Below, piece by piece: positions 28,714 to 37,600 of a DNA stretch of 45,559 nucleotides. The notes under the pieces were generated by a model that saw only the letters and a program-made list of their open reading frames with translations, ran no database searches and was not told where the DNA came from. The stretch is taken from the NCBI GenBank assembly GCA_020048935.1, contig JAIFLS010000012.1, forward strand, positions 1 through 45,559, written 5' to 3'. How positions within the stretch are numbered: the first letter of the stretch is position 1; every line of letters starts with the position of its first letter. The DNA is from a bacterium. Lineage in GTDB: Bacteria > Verrucomicrobiota > Kiritimatiellia > UBA8416. The translations under genes and the position numbers were made by a program.

Positions 28714-29193
28714 CTAACTGAATTTGAGCAGCGCGACCACCGGATTGCCATCTGTAAGCAGCTTTACAGCTCCAGGTAACTGCTGAAAGCGCATCACGTC
28801 ATCTGGCTTGATCGCGGTTGCTGAAGGAGCCGAAAGTAAAAACGTGGTTTCTACCCCGAAGAGGGTTGCCGTCAGTGCCCCGGCCACGATATTCGACCAT
28901 TCCTTGATGGCGTCTATCGTTTCCGTATCGCCAACGTCTTCAGGTTCGAGGCCAAGTACATTTGCCGCGATTTCCTTTGCCTGTGCAACCGGCACGGCAA
29001 CCTGCAATTCGCCGCACTGCGCGCTGCCGGTGAAGGCCACCACGGCTGATATATAATCATCGGCGGGGAGGGTGGGGGGGGCATCACCACTGTCGATTTC
29101 GGCAAAAACAAAGGCGAAATCCTCCAACGTGCCAACCAGTGTCTGTTTTAGCGAATCAAGGATCGCATCATCTTGTACAGGTTTCATCTCCAT
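28714..29193 (-). CDS. cheX: CheX-type phosphatase (paralogue 2 of 3)
   Basis: D-x3-E-x2-N is present as DAIKEWSN, with Pro 22 residues after the Asn (LSAP). The size is ~160 aa. Confidence 0.6.
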   Translation of the reverse strand: MEMKPVQDDAILDSLKQTLVGTLEDFAFVFAEIDSGDAPPTLPADDYISAVVAFTGSAQCGELQVAVPVAQAKEIAANVLGLEPEDVGDTETIDAIKEWSNIVAGALTATLFGVETTFLLSAPSATAIKPDDVMRFQQLPGAVKLLTDGNPVVALLKFS

Positions 29194-29248
29194 GCTTGGG
29201 CTCCTGGCTGAGTTTCTCCGGAACGGTGCGCTTGCTTGGGTTCACCCG

Positions 29249-30121
29249 TTAAATGAGTGACATCAGGATGTCCGACTTGGTCGATTCCTCGTGGACTTCA
29301 TCCACGATAAGGGATATATCCGATACGGATAAGCCAAGGCGCTTCCAGACGGCTTGCACACATGCCGGATCAGCAAGATCTCCACCGTCACCGATCTTTT
29401 CGCGATTGCAGATGTAGTTGGCCATGTGGCAAAGGGAGGTCGCTTCCCAATACTCGGGTGGTGCTGAATCGGGATCGTGGTGCCAGAGTATCGGCAGCAT
29501 CAGGTCTTCTGTCATGTTCCATTTGCCGCAAAGCCACCCGCCGAGTGCTGCATGATCGATTCCGGCCGCCTCCAGCTCTGCGCGGTAAAGGCTCATTGGC
29601 GTTGAGCTGGCCAACTCAAGCGCGGCATGGAACTCATCGGCCATGAATTGATCCATGATCAGCTTGCCGATATCGTGGAGCAGGCCGACAAGTCGCAAGG
29701 ACTCGTTGGTATGTCTTTTCTTCAAATTCGGTTTCGCATGATTATTCACGACACAAGCCGCAATCCCTACGCTGATGGAATGCCGCCAGAATTCATCGCG
29801 GTTGAAAGTGCCGCCTTGCTGATTACCGAATGCAGAGAAAATGGACGTGGAAAGGGCAATGTTATTGGTGGCGGTCAACCCCAGGCGGGCCACCGCCTGC
29901 TGCACGGACTGTATTTCTACCCCGCCCGCATACAGGGATGAGTTCACGACCTTGAGGATCCGTGCGGTAATCGCCGGGTCGTCCTCGATAAGGTGTGCAA
30001 TCGATTTTGCATTTGAATTCGGGTCGCGTACGGCAGCCGACAGCTTGTTCATAACGAGCGGTAGTGTCGGCAGGTTGCGTACGCCGTTCAGGATATCGAT
30101 GATTTCGTTAATGCTTTTCAT
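29249..30121 (-). CDS. HDOD-domain protein (paralogue 4 of 4)
   Basis: Motifs are LPTLPLVMNKL, LIEDDPAITARILKVVNSSLY, IQSVQQAVARLG, FWRHSISVG and GLLHDIGKLIM. Confidence 0.85.
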   Translation of the reverse strand: MKSINEIIDILNGVRNLPTLPLVMNKLSAAVRDPNSNAKSIAHLIEDDPAITARILKVVNSSLYAGGVEIQSVQQAVARLGLTATNNIALSTSIFSAFGNQQGGTFNRDEFWRHSISVGIAACVVNNHAKPNLKKRHTNESLRLVGLLHDIGKLIMDQFMADEFHAALELASSTPMSLYRAELEAAGIDHAALGGWLCGKWNMTEDLMLPILWHHDPDSAPPEYWEATSLCHMANYICNREKIGDGGDLADPACVQAVWKRLGLSVSDISLIVDEVHEESTKSDILMSLI

Positions 30122-30165
30122 TAGCAGCCGCAGCCTTTCTGATGGGATTGCGTATGAGTTGTCAA

Positions 30166-30567
30166 TTAATCTGTTGTGGTGTTCTCGGGAGTCTTGCCAA
30201 GCAGGCGCGACATGATATCGCGAATGCCTTCGGGCGTAAAGGGTTTGTTTAGATATTCACGCACACCCCGGGCCTTGAGCTCGCGCATGCGCATCTCGCT
30301 GCGGTCGGTGCTGACAATGACCACAGGTGTTTCCTTTAATTTCCCTTGACGTTCCATTTCCTCGACCATCTCGACCCCGTTCATCACCGGCATGTTAAGG
30401 TCGGCAAACATCAGGTCAATCCATTGGGCATCGAGTATGTCAATGGCTTCACGCCCGTTGGTCGCCTCGAAGATCTCACCGATATCCTCGCCGGTCATGC
30501 GTACCGCACGTCCGACGACTTTGCGTACAATTGCGGAATCATCAACAATTAAAATATTGTAAGCCAT
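30166..30567 (-). CDS. cheY: CheY-like response regulator
   Basis: [12 protein letters not shown] ... MFADLNMPVMNG ... IVSTD ... YLNKPFTPE are CheY-like motifs. The protein is 133 aa. Confidence 0.85.
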   Translation of the reverse strand: MAYNILIVDDSAIVRKVVGRAVRMTGEDIGEIFEATNGREAIDILDAQWIDLMFADLNMPVMNGVEMVEEMERQGKLKETPVVIVSTDRSEMRMRELKARGVREYLNKPFTPEGIRDIMSRLLGKTPENTTTD

Positions 30568-30596
30568 CGGATGTGCTCCTGTATTCTAGCAAGTAT

Positions 30597-31484
30597 TTAT
30601 GTCTTGTCGCATTCGGGTTGGATGATCGAATCCCATTCATTCATTTTCTCAAGCGTGATGCTGGCAACCTGCTCAATATCCTGGGAGCGTAGCCCCAGCC
30701 TGACCGCCCCATCTTCGGTGACGATATACCGGAATCCGTCAATCCCGTCACCCACGCCAAGACTATATACCAGCGTATCGGCTAAATGCACCATTAAAGC
30801 GGTTTCCCGGTACTCCGTGGCTAAATTCGGGTGGTGGTGGTGGTTCACAATGGCGATCAACTCCTCTGGGAAGGCCCACTTTTCCATCAACCATGCGCCC
30901 GCCTGTGGGTGACTGACGCCTAGAATGTTGATTTCAATCTGATCAAAGGCGGCGTCGGAATCACGCAATTGGGCGTCAAATTCACGGCGGTTCTCCTGTA
31001 CGAACGGGTCTAGCACGATTTTTCCCATATCATGCACGAGCCCTGCCGTGAAAAGCATTTCCTTCGGGTGACGTCCAAGGCTTAAAGCCAGTGTTTCGGC
31101 GGTCAGGGCGACGCCGATCGAATGCTTGAGCAGCGTATGCGGTTCCAAGTCGTAGCCGTCGAGTTTCATGGCCAGGTGTGAGGCAAGCCCCTGTGCCATG
31201 ATTATGCGAAACAGCCGTTTCGAACCCAGTCGCACAAACGCCTGTTGCAGCGAATCGATCCGCTGTGATCCTGAAAACGCGGCAGAATTGACGGCTTTGA
31301 GGATATTCATGGTAATGCCGGGATCGAAGCGTACGCTATCGGCAAGTTGTTTGAAATCCAGTTCCGGATCGTTTGCGTGTGCCATCAGGTCCTTGAGCAT
31401 GGCTGGCATCCGAGGATGCACATCCACGGCCTTGTGAATGCGTTCGAGCGTGATGTCCTTGTCGTGTTTTGTTTTTTTGATCAT
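30597..31484 (-). CDS. HDOD-domain protein (paralogue 3 of 4)
   Basis: Motifs are SVRFDPGITMNILKAVNSAAF, IDSLQQAFVRLG, LLKHSIGVA and AGLVHDMGKIVL. Confidence 0.85.
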   Translation of the reverse strand: MIKKTKHDKDITLERIHKAVDVHPRMPAMLKDLMAHANDPELDFKQLADSVRFDPGITMNILKAVNSAAFSGSQRIDSLQQAFVRLGSKRLFRIIMAQGLASHLAMKLDGYDLEPHTLLKHSIGVALTAETLALSLGRHPKEMLFTAGLVHDMGKIVLDPFVQENRREFDAQLRDSDAAFDQIEINILGVSHPQAGAWLMEKWAFPEELIAIVNHHHHPNLATEYRETALMVHLADTLVYSLGVGDGIDGFRYIVTEDGAVRLGLRSQDIEQVASITLEKMNEWDSIIQPECDKT

Positions 31485-31487
31485 GCT

Positions 31488-31967
31488 CTAGAACTCACTT
31501 TCCACGCCGGAGGACCGAAGTGTGCAGCGCCCGCTGCCGATTTCGAGCCTTAACGTTCTTGATAAGGAGCCGCCGACCTGCTCGGCCTTGATCATCAATC
31601 CGTTTTTCCACAGGATCTTACGAAGCACCGTGTGGTTACGCTCCCCGATTCGGAAGAGGTTGCTGTTGTCCAGAATCCGTGCGCAACCGGCGACCTTTAT
31701 TATGGCGCGCGATCGGTTTACGCCGAGATCGAAGAGCATGGTGAGGAATTTCATCATTCCTGAATCAACAAACATAAACGGCTTCACTTCCGCTTTCTGG
31801 GGGTCAACGCTCGCGATCGGCAGCATGCAGTGAATGATGCCGCCTACCTGCACGCCGGGGTCGTATATGGCAACGCCTACGCATGAGCCCAGTGAGTAGG
31901 TGACCAGGACGTCATCGGGTTTATTCGAAACCTTACCGTCGGCTATATCAATTATTATCTGACTCAT
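31488..31967 (-). CDS. cheD: CheD deamidase, second copy
   Basis: Motifs are SLGSCVGVAIYDP and GGIIHCMLP. It overlaps cheR by 4 bp. Confidence 0.85.
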   Translation of the reverse strand: MSQIIIDIADGKVSNKPDDVLVTYSLGSCVGVAIYDPGVQVGGIIHCMLPIASVDPQKAEVKPFMFVDSGMMKFLTMLFDLGVNRSRAIIKVAGCARILDNSNLFRIGERNHTVLRKILWKNGLMIKAEQVGGSLSRTLRLEIGSGRCTLRSSGVESEF

Positions 31968-32782
31968 TTTATGTACACCGACGGTTTAACGCTGCGGAAA
32001 TTCCCCAGCATGCCCGATAAGCTTTCCGCATGCCCGACCATCAGGATGCCGCCGGGTTTCAATAAGCGCCATATCTCATCGAGCAGTCCTTTCCTGACTT
32101 TGTTATCGAAATAGATCATGACATTGCGGCAGAATACAATATCGAACGGGCCTTTCATCGGATATGGCGGTCGCGCGAGATTCAAGCGGGCAAAGGAAAG
32201 CATGCGGCGCAGTTCATCATTCACGACATAGCTGCGGTTGGCGGCGTCTGCCGGTTCTTTCCTGAAGAACCGGCGGGTCATGGATTCGGGCACCTTTTCG
32301 AGATGCCGCGGTTCGTAGCGACCGGCTTTGGCAACATCAAGCGCGCGCGTGGAAATGTCCGTGGCCAGAATCTTGAAGTCGCTAACGTCGGGAATCGCGG
32401 CTCTTGCCGTCATGGCGATGGTATAGGGTTCCTCTCCTGTCGAGGAGGCGGCGCACCAGATGCGATACGAGCGCTGGCCGCCGCCGTGCCATTGCTGGAG
32501 CAGCTCGGTGAGCAACTGGAAGTGATGTTCTTCACGAAAGAAGTAGGTGACGTTGGTGGAAATGGCGTTAAGCATCTCGACAAGCTCGTCGCCGTCCTTA
32601 TCGTCCTTTACCAGACGATAATACTCCTCATAACGGCCAATCCCGAGCGCTCGCATGCGTTTCCCCATGCGCGAGGCCACCAGCGCTTCCTTCTGCGGAC
32701 CCAGATGGATGCCTGCCTTGTCGTAGACAAGCTCGCAAAACCGGCTGAACATTTCGGCACTTAAATTTTCATTATTATTCAT
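31964..32782 (-). CDS. cheR: CheR methyltransferase, second copy
   Basis: Motifs are TNVTYFFRE, IWCAASSTGEEPYT, FCRNVMIYFD and GGILMVGHAE. Confidence 0.93.
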   Translation of the reverse strand: MNNNENLSAEMFSRFCELVYDKAGIHLGPQKEALVASRMGKRMRALGIGRYEEYYRLVKDDKDGDELVEMLNAISTNVTYFFREEHHFQLLTELLQQWHGGGQRSYRIWCAASSTGEEPYTIAMTARAAIPDVSDFKILATDISTRALDVAKAGRYEPRHLEKVPESMTRRFFRKEPADAANRSYVVNDELRRMLSFARLNLARPPYPMKGPFDIVFCRNVMIYFDNKVRKGLLDEIWRLLKPGGILMVGHAESLSGMLGNFRSVKPSVYIK

Positions 32783-32964
32783 GCGGGCTCAAGATTATGT
32801 GTAAACCGGTTCGTTATCAACCATAAAGAATGGAAAAAACATACAGGGTTGCGTAATTTGATTTATGGCGTTATGTTTATAGACGTTGGTGAACATGTGG
32901 CTCTCTTTCCGTCAGGCAAGTTCGCCGTTTCAAGTCGAATATTATAAGAGGGAGTTTGGGCAGT

Positions 32965-34005
32965 ATGAACGATACGAATGATGCCGGGAGCACGTCTCCG
33001 TTGGGGCGCGACGGTGTGGGGCGCTGTGCGGTTGCGTGTCCGATGTGCGGGCATGTGCAAACGCAGTACCGGTTGAATCCACGCATGTACTGGTATAACG
33101 ATCTTGATCTGGATCGCAAGCCTTCTGGTTTCCAATGCCTGAAGGGGCTTGCGGGGCTGTATCCTCCGCTTTATGATTTGTGGCATTGCCCGAAATGCCA
33201 TTTTACGACGCATAACCGGACGTTTCCCGATCCGCTGAAAAATGTGTTCATCGAAAAAGGGCTTGTGCAGAGGCACTTGGCGGAAGCGGCCAAGCCGGAG
33301 ACGGCCTTTTCGCGCGTGTGTGAGGTACTCGGGGCGGATCAGAATATCGATAAGGTCGATTTTGAATCCGCTATCCGCTGTGCGTTACTGGCCGTTTATT
33401 TCGACACCTTCATCGTCGGACTCTTGAGGCAGGGCTATGCGGCGTTGGCTCGAAGCTGCTTAAGGCTGGCGTGGTTGCACCGTGACTGGGCATCAATGGA
33501 TGCTGATTACGATTCCAAGAGCACGGCATCAAGAGCTAAGCTCGAAAAGCTTGCCGTCTATTGGTCGGATATTCCCCGATCAGAGAATGATGCCTTGAGG
33601 TTGGCCTGCGTTCATTATGAGGCCGCCCTGAACGAAGCGTCTGTTGAAAATGATCCCATGGAAACGGCTACGATTCTCATGCATTTGGCGCGAATTTGCC
33701 TGCAGATGGGGGATACAAGCTCGCCCGCCAAGCATCTGGAGGCATGTCGCCGCGGTGCGATGGAAGAGCAAAACCGACTGGCTGCGGTCATGCACGAGGA
33801 TGATCGGCGCCGAGAACTGCCTGAAGATGAACGAGGTCAACTGGTTTCCGCCAGCCGGCGAATCAAGACGATGATTGATGACTGTGGCGACCTTCATGCG
33901 GAAATCCGCCGTTTGCAGGCAACGACGAAGACGACGGGAACGTCAAGTCAGGTGAAAAGCCCTGAAACGAAGAAAGGGTTGCTTAAAGGGTTTTTCGGTG
34001 GGTGA
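32965..34005 (+). CDS. Zinc-ribbon plus helical-repeat protein, DUF2225-like (from memory)
   Basis: Two CxxC pairs (CPMCGH ... CPKCHF) flank YPPLYDLWH. A helical TPR-like remainder follows, with a basic/charged C-terminus. ATG 32965 is preferred over TTG 32956 on RBS spacing. The gene lies 24 bp upstream of fliO. Confidence 0.5.
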   Translation: MNDTNDAGSTSPLGRDGVGRCAVACPMCGHVQTQYRLNPRMYWYNDLDLDRKPSGFQCLKGLAGLYPPLYDLWHCPKCHFTTHNRTFPDPLKNVFIEKGLVQRHLAEAAKPETAFSRVCEVLGADQNIDKVDFESAIRCALLAVYFDTFIVGLLRQGYAALARSCLRLAWLHRDWASMDADYDSKSTASRAKLEKLAVYWSDIPRSENDALRLACVHYEAALNEASVENDPMETATILMHLARICLQMGDTSSPAKHLEACRRGAMEEQNRLAAVMHEDDRRRELPEDERGQLVSASRRIKTMIDDCGDLHAEIRRLQATTKTTGTSSQVKSPETKKGLLKGFFGG

Positions 34006-34029
34006 TCAGCCGAAATAGGCTTCAGTGGC

Positions 34030-34521
34030 ATGTCGGGTGCTAATAGCTCCGGCATGAGATTGAACTTTTCTCGATATTGTCGCCCAGCGCTTCTTCTTGT
34101 TGTGATATTGCTTTCGATGCGAACGGCGCTTTGCGCCGACCAAACGAATGCAAATGACAAGGCCACGGCGTCGCGAGAGGTGCCCGCCTGGGTCTCGCAG
34201 TCATCCAGCGGTTCCGCTGATACGCTGGCCCGGCCCGGCAGTTATGGCACTTTACGCTCGATGGCGGCGTTGCTGGCCGTGCTGGGCGGGTTGTTCGGGG
34301 TGCATGTGCTTCTGCGCCGACGCGTTGTGCGATGGTCCAGCCCTGATCTTCAGTCGTTGCGCGTGTTGGCCCGAAAACGGTTCGGTGCACGGCAGGAACT
34401 GGTTGTGGTCGAATGGGAGGGGCAGCGCCTGCTCCTGGGGACGGGACCTGGTTATATTACCCGACTTAGCCGTATGGCGTCGGCACCAATCCCGCAGGGA
34501 GCAAAGGAACAGGATTCATGA
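34030..34521 (+). CDS. fliO: Flagellar export protein FliO (candidate)
   Basis: The single TM is MAALLAVLGGLFGVHVLLRR, followed by LRVLARKRFGARQELVVVEWEGQRLLLGTGPGYITRL. An ATGA overlap links it to fliP. The N-terminal ~70 aa are atypically long. Confidence 0.6.
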   Translation: MSGANSSGMRLNFSRYCRPALLLVVILLSMRTALCADQTNANDKATASREVPAWVSQSSSGSADTLARPGSYGTLRSMAALLAVLGGLFGVHVLLRRRVVRWSSPDLQSLRVLARKRFGARQELVVVEWEGQRLLLGTGPGYITRLSRMASAPIPQGAKEQDS

Positions 34522-35351
34522 ACGGCCTCTGGTCTAGCTGTGCTTTCTCTCTTGTGCTTCGTATCCCTGTGCTCGCGATTGCGCTGGTTGTGCTTTCGTT
34601 AGGTGCGCAGCGTGCTTTTTCGCAGGATGCGGGGGGCATAACGGCGCCCGCCTTGAGCGGAATGTCCAGTCCGGCGGGGCCGCTAGGGGTCCAGATTCGT
34701 TTTGACGGGGGCGAATCTCCGGAGTCGCTCTCAACAGGGATTCGGATCCTGATCATGATGACCGTGTTGTCTCTGGCTCCATCGGGTTTGATCATGTTGA
34801 CAGGTTTTACGCGTATTCTGATTGTACTGAGCATCGTCAGGCGCGCGATCGGTCTCCAGTCAGCCCCACCGAATCAGCTTATTGCCGGGTTGGCCATGTT
34901 CCTGACGTTTTTCGTAATGCGTCCCGTATTCGAAGAAATTCATAAGAATGCCTGGGAGCCGTTGCGTGCCGGTGCGATTAGCGACATGGAGGCATGGGAT
35001 CGGGCGGCGGCACCGCTGCGGACTTTCATGCTGCGGCAGAGCGGTGAGTCGGAGTTGCGCTTGTTTCATGAGTTGGCAAACGAGCCGATCCCCGAAAAAC
35101 CGGAAGAGGTTAAGCTTAGTGTGCTAGTGCCAGCGTTCATGGTCAGTGAATTGAAAACGGCTTTTCAGATGGGGTTCCTCGTTTGGCTACCTTTTCTAGT
35201 GATTGATCTTGTCCTGGCGTCTTCGTTGATGGCATTGGGGATGATGATGCTGCCGCCGATGATGATCTCGTTGCCCATTAAAGTCTTGTTCTTCGTGCTG
35301 GCGGACGGGTGGACGATTGTGATTCATGGGTTGGTAAAAAGCTTCTTGTGA
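34518..35351 (+). CDS. fliP: Flagellar type III export apparatus protein FliP
   Basis: Motifs are ILIMMTVLSLAPSGLIMLTGFTRILIVLSIVRRAIG, APPNQLIAGLAMFLTFFVM and AFQMGFLVWLPFLVIDLV. Confidence 0.95.
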   Translation: MNGLWSSCAFSLVLRIPVLAIALVVLSLGAQRAFSQDAGGITAPALSGMSSPAGPLGVQIRFDGGESPESLSTGIRILIMMTVLSLAPSGLIMLTGFTRILIVLSIVRRAIGLQSAPPNQLIAGLAMFLTFFVMRPVFEEIHKNAWEPLRAGAISDMEAWDRAAAPLRTFMLRQSGESELRLFHELANEPIPEKPEEVKLSVLVPAFMVSELKTAFQMGFLVWLPFLVIDLVLASSLMALGMMMLPPMMISLPIKVLFFVLADGWTIVIHGLVKSFL

Positions 35352-35375
35352 TTGATGCGTGAAAGGTGAGCGACT

Positions 35376-35639
35376 ATGACACCACAAATGGCATTGGAAT
35401 TATCTAACCGCGCGATGATGATCGCGCTACAGCTATCCTTGCCGATGCTCTTGACCGCCATGATTGTCGGCGTTGTGGTCAACATCTTTCAAACGATAAC
35501 CTCGATTAAGGACCAGAGTTTGGCGTTTGTTCCCAAGATCCTGGCTGCGGCGGCGGTAACGGGGATTTCGATGCCCTGGGGCATCCAGATGATGAGTGTC
35601 TATTTTCGCGATATGTACCAGCTCCTGGGTGGGCTGTAG
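35376..35639 (+). CDS. fliQ: Flagellar export protein FliQ
   Basis: The protein is 87 aa. Motifs are LPMLLTAMIVGVVVNIFQTITSIKDQSLAFVPKI. Confidence 0.93.
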   Translation: MTPQMALELSNRAMMIALQLSLPMLLTAMIVGVVVNIFQTITSIKDQSLAFVPKILAAAAVTGISMPWGIQMMSVYFRDMYQLLGGL

Positions 35640-35641
35640 TC

Positions 35642-36418
35642 ATGACCGTGCTGCTGGGGGATTATCCGGTTGTCCTGTTAATGGTGTTCTTCCGGGTGAG
35701 TGGTGTCCTGCTGGTTCTGCCGTTCTTCGGCATCCCGGCGGACAGCGGGTGGTTGCTGGCGGGAGCTTCGCTGCCGTTGACGCTACTTTTCGCCAGCGTA
35801 ATTCCTCCCTCCTGGAGTGCCGCAGCCGCCGCCCTGACCACAACGGGCGACTTCGTGCTGGCGATTTTTGGCGAAACGATGCTGGGCGCGGCGATCGGGT
35901 TGGTTTGCGGGATTTTTATTAATGCTTTCGTGGTTGCCGGTGAACTTGCCAGCAGCGGATGTTCGCTGTCAATGGCCGAGGAACTGGACCCGGAAACCGG
36001 CGAGTCCTCGGATGTGCTGACACAGGTTTGGCGCATGCTTTTCCTGGTTACGGTGCTGGCAATCGATGCGCACCTGATGGTCTTCCGCATCCTGGCGCAC
36101 ACGTTCGAGCAACTACCCGTGCCGTGGGTCGGTTGGGTGGACGGCGGACGCGACCTGGCATTGCTCGGCGGCACTGCATTCCGTGCAGGGGTGTCGATCG
36201 CGCTGCCGATTATGCTGGTTTCATTGCTGGTCAGTATCGGTATGGCCTTGATCGCTCGCATGGCCTCTGGGTTTGATGTCATGTACCTCTCGCTGCCATT
36301 CCACTTACTACTCGGATTGAGTGTTTTTGCACTTACCTTGTTGCTGGGTGGCGGACTCCTGCGCACTATGGCATATCAGATGCTATCATCCTTGTCTCGG
36401 TTCCTGGGATGGTATTGA
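35642..36418 (+). CDS. fliR: Flagellar export protein FliR
   Basis: This is a polytopic 258-aa protein directly after fliQ. The opening FFRVSGVLLVLPFFG is typical of FliR. Confidence 0.88.
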   Translation: MTVLLGDYPVVLLMVFFRVSGVLLVLPFFGIPADSGWLLAGASLPLTLLFASVIPPSWSAAAAALTTTGDFVLAIFGETMLGAAIGLVCGIFINAFVVAGELASSGCSLSMAEELDPETGESSDVLTQVWRMLFLVTVLAIDAHLMVFRILAHTFEQLPVPWVGWVDGGRDLALLGGTAFRAGVSIALPIMLVSLLVSIGMALIARMASGFDVMYLSLPFHLLLGLSVFALTLLLGGGLLRTMAYQMLSSLSRFLGWY

Positions 36419-36463
36419 TCATCGTGATGCATGTGGGGTTTTACCCCATGAAAAGCAGGGGTT

Positions 36464-37600
36464 ATGGAAGGCAAAGAAGGCAAAAGCGAGAGAGCGACCA
36501 GTAAGCGGCGCTCTGATCAGCGTGAAAAAGGCAATCTGGCCGTATCGCAGGAAATCATCACGGTGGCCGTATTATTCCTGACTGTGATCCTGCTCCGACA
36601 GGGATTCCCTTCGTATCTGGCTGGAACTCGCCGCATGCTTGAAGTCAGTTGCATGGCGATGACTGCAAATGACGCATGGAGCGGAATTTGGTTGCAGCAG
36701 CAATACTGGCAGGGACTCGGAGCTGTCTTGCGCGTTATCGCGCCGCTATTGAGCGGAATCCTGCTGGCGGGGATTGTCGGCAGCGTCGGCCAGACGGGCC
36801 CCTATTTTAGTTGGGAGGCTTTTCAGGCTGGCGGCCTCAAGGCGCTTGACCCGATCAAGGGGGCCAAGAAGCTATTCTCGTTCAAGTCGGTGACCAAGCT
36901 GCTGATGACGCTGGCGAAAATTGGCTTGATCGCGGGTGTCATGACCCTTATTTGGCGGCGCAAGTGGATGACAGTTGCCCAGTTGCATGATTTTGACTTG
37001 AGTTCGGCGGTCGGCTGGATGGGGCATAATCTCTATACGTCGGTCATGGCGATTGTCGTGTTGGCGATCTGCATTGCCGTCGTGGATTTCGTGATCACCT
37101 ACCGTCGGCATGAGAAAAGCATGATGATGTCCAAGCAGGAGGTCAAGGATGAGCGCAAGCAGTACGAAATGAAACCCGAGGTCAAACGGGCGCAATTTCG
37201 CAAGATGCGGTCATTGACCATTTCCAGGATGGTGGCGGAAGTTCCGAAAGCGACGGTTATCATCACAAACCCGACGCGGGTGGCGGTGGCGATCAAGTAT
37301 AATCCCGCCGAGATGGATGCACCCCAGGTTGTCGCCAAGGGCTTGCGCATCCGGGCCATGCGCATTCGCGAACTGGCGGCAAAGCACGGTATCCCGATTG
37401 TGGAGCGCCCGCCACTGGCACGCGCCTTGTATCGGTCGGTGCCGACGGGGCGGTCTATTCCCGCAGGGTTGTTCGAGGGTGTTGCAGAAGTTCTGGCGTA
37501 TCTGCATCGGTTGGGGTACCGGCTGGAAGGAATTGCGGGACAGAAGGTTCCGGCGGGAAATTCCGATAAGCAGGAAGGACGAGGGGAGTCATGGCTCTAA
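36464..37600 (+). CDS. flhB: Flagellar export switch protein FlhB
   Basis: The N-terminus is SERATSKRRSDQREKGNLAVSQE and four TM segments follow. MSKQEVKDERKQYEMKPEVK is present. The autocleavage-site region reads VIITNPTRVAVAIKY, with N269/P270 at nt 37268-37273. Confidence 0.93.
   Translation: MEGKEGKSERATSKRRSDQREKGNLAVSQEIITVAVLFLTVILLRQGFPSYLAGTRRMLEVSCMAMTANDAWSGIWLQQQYWQGLGAVLRVIAPLLSGILLAGIVGSVGQTGPYFSWEAFQAGGLKALDPIKGAKKLFSFKSVTKLLMTLAKIGLIAGVMTLIWRRKWMTVAQLHDFDLSSAVGWMGHNLYTSVMAIVVLAICIAVVDFVITYRRHEKSMMMSKQEVKDERKQYEMKPEVKRAQFRKMRSLTISRMVAEVPKATVIITNPTRVAVAIKYNPAEMDAPQVVAKGLRIRAMRIRELAAKHGIPIVERPPLARALYRSVPTGRSIPAGLFEGVAEVLAYLHRLGYRLEGIAGQKVPAGNSDKQEGRGESWL

Noticed and set aside
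37416-37430. TGGCAC-gcgcc-TTGT inside flhB, ~160 bp upstream of flhA, as an internal sigma-54 promoter.
   Set aside because: The -12 element lacks the essential GC (TTGT instead of TTGC). flhA overlaps flhB and is most simply co-translated. A single hexamer match is expected by chance in 45 kb of GC-rich DNA.
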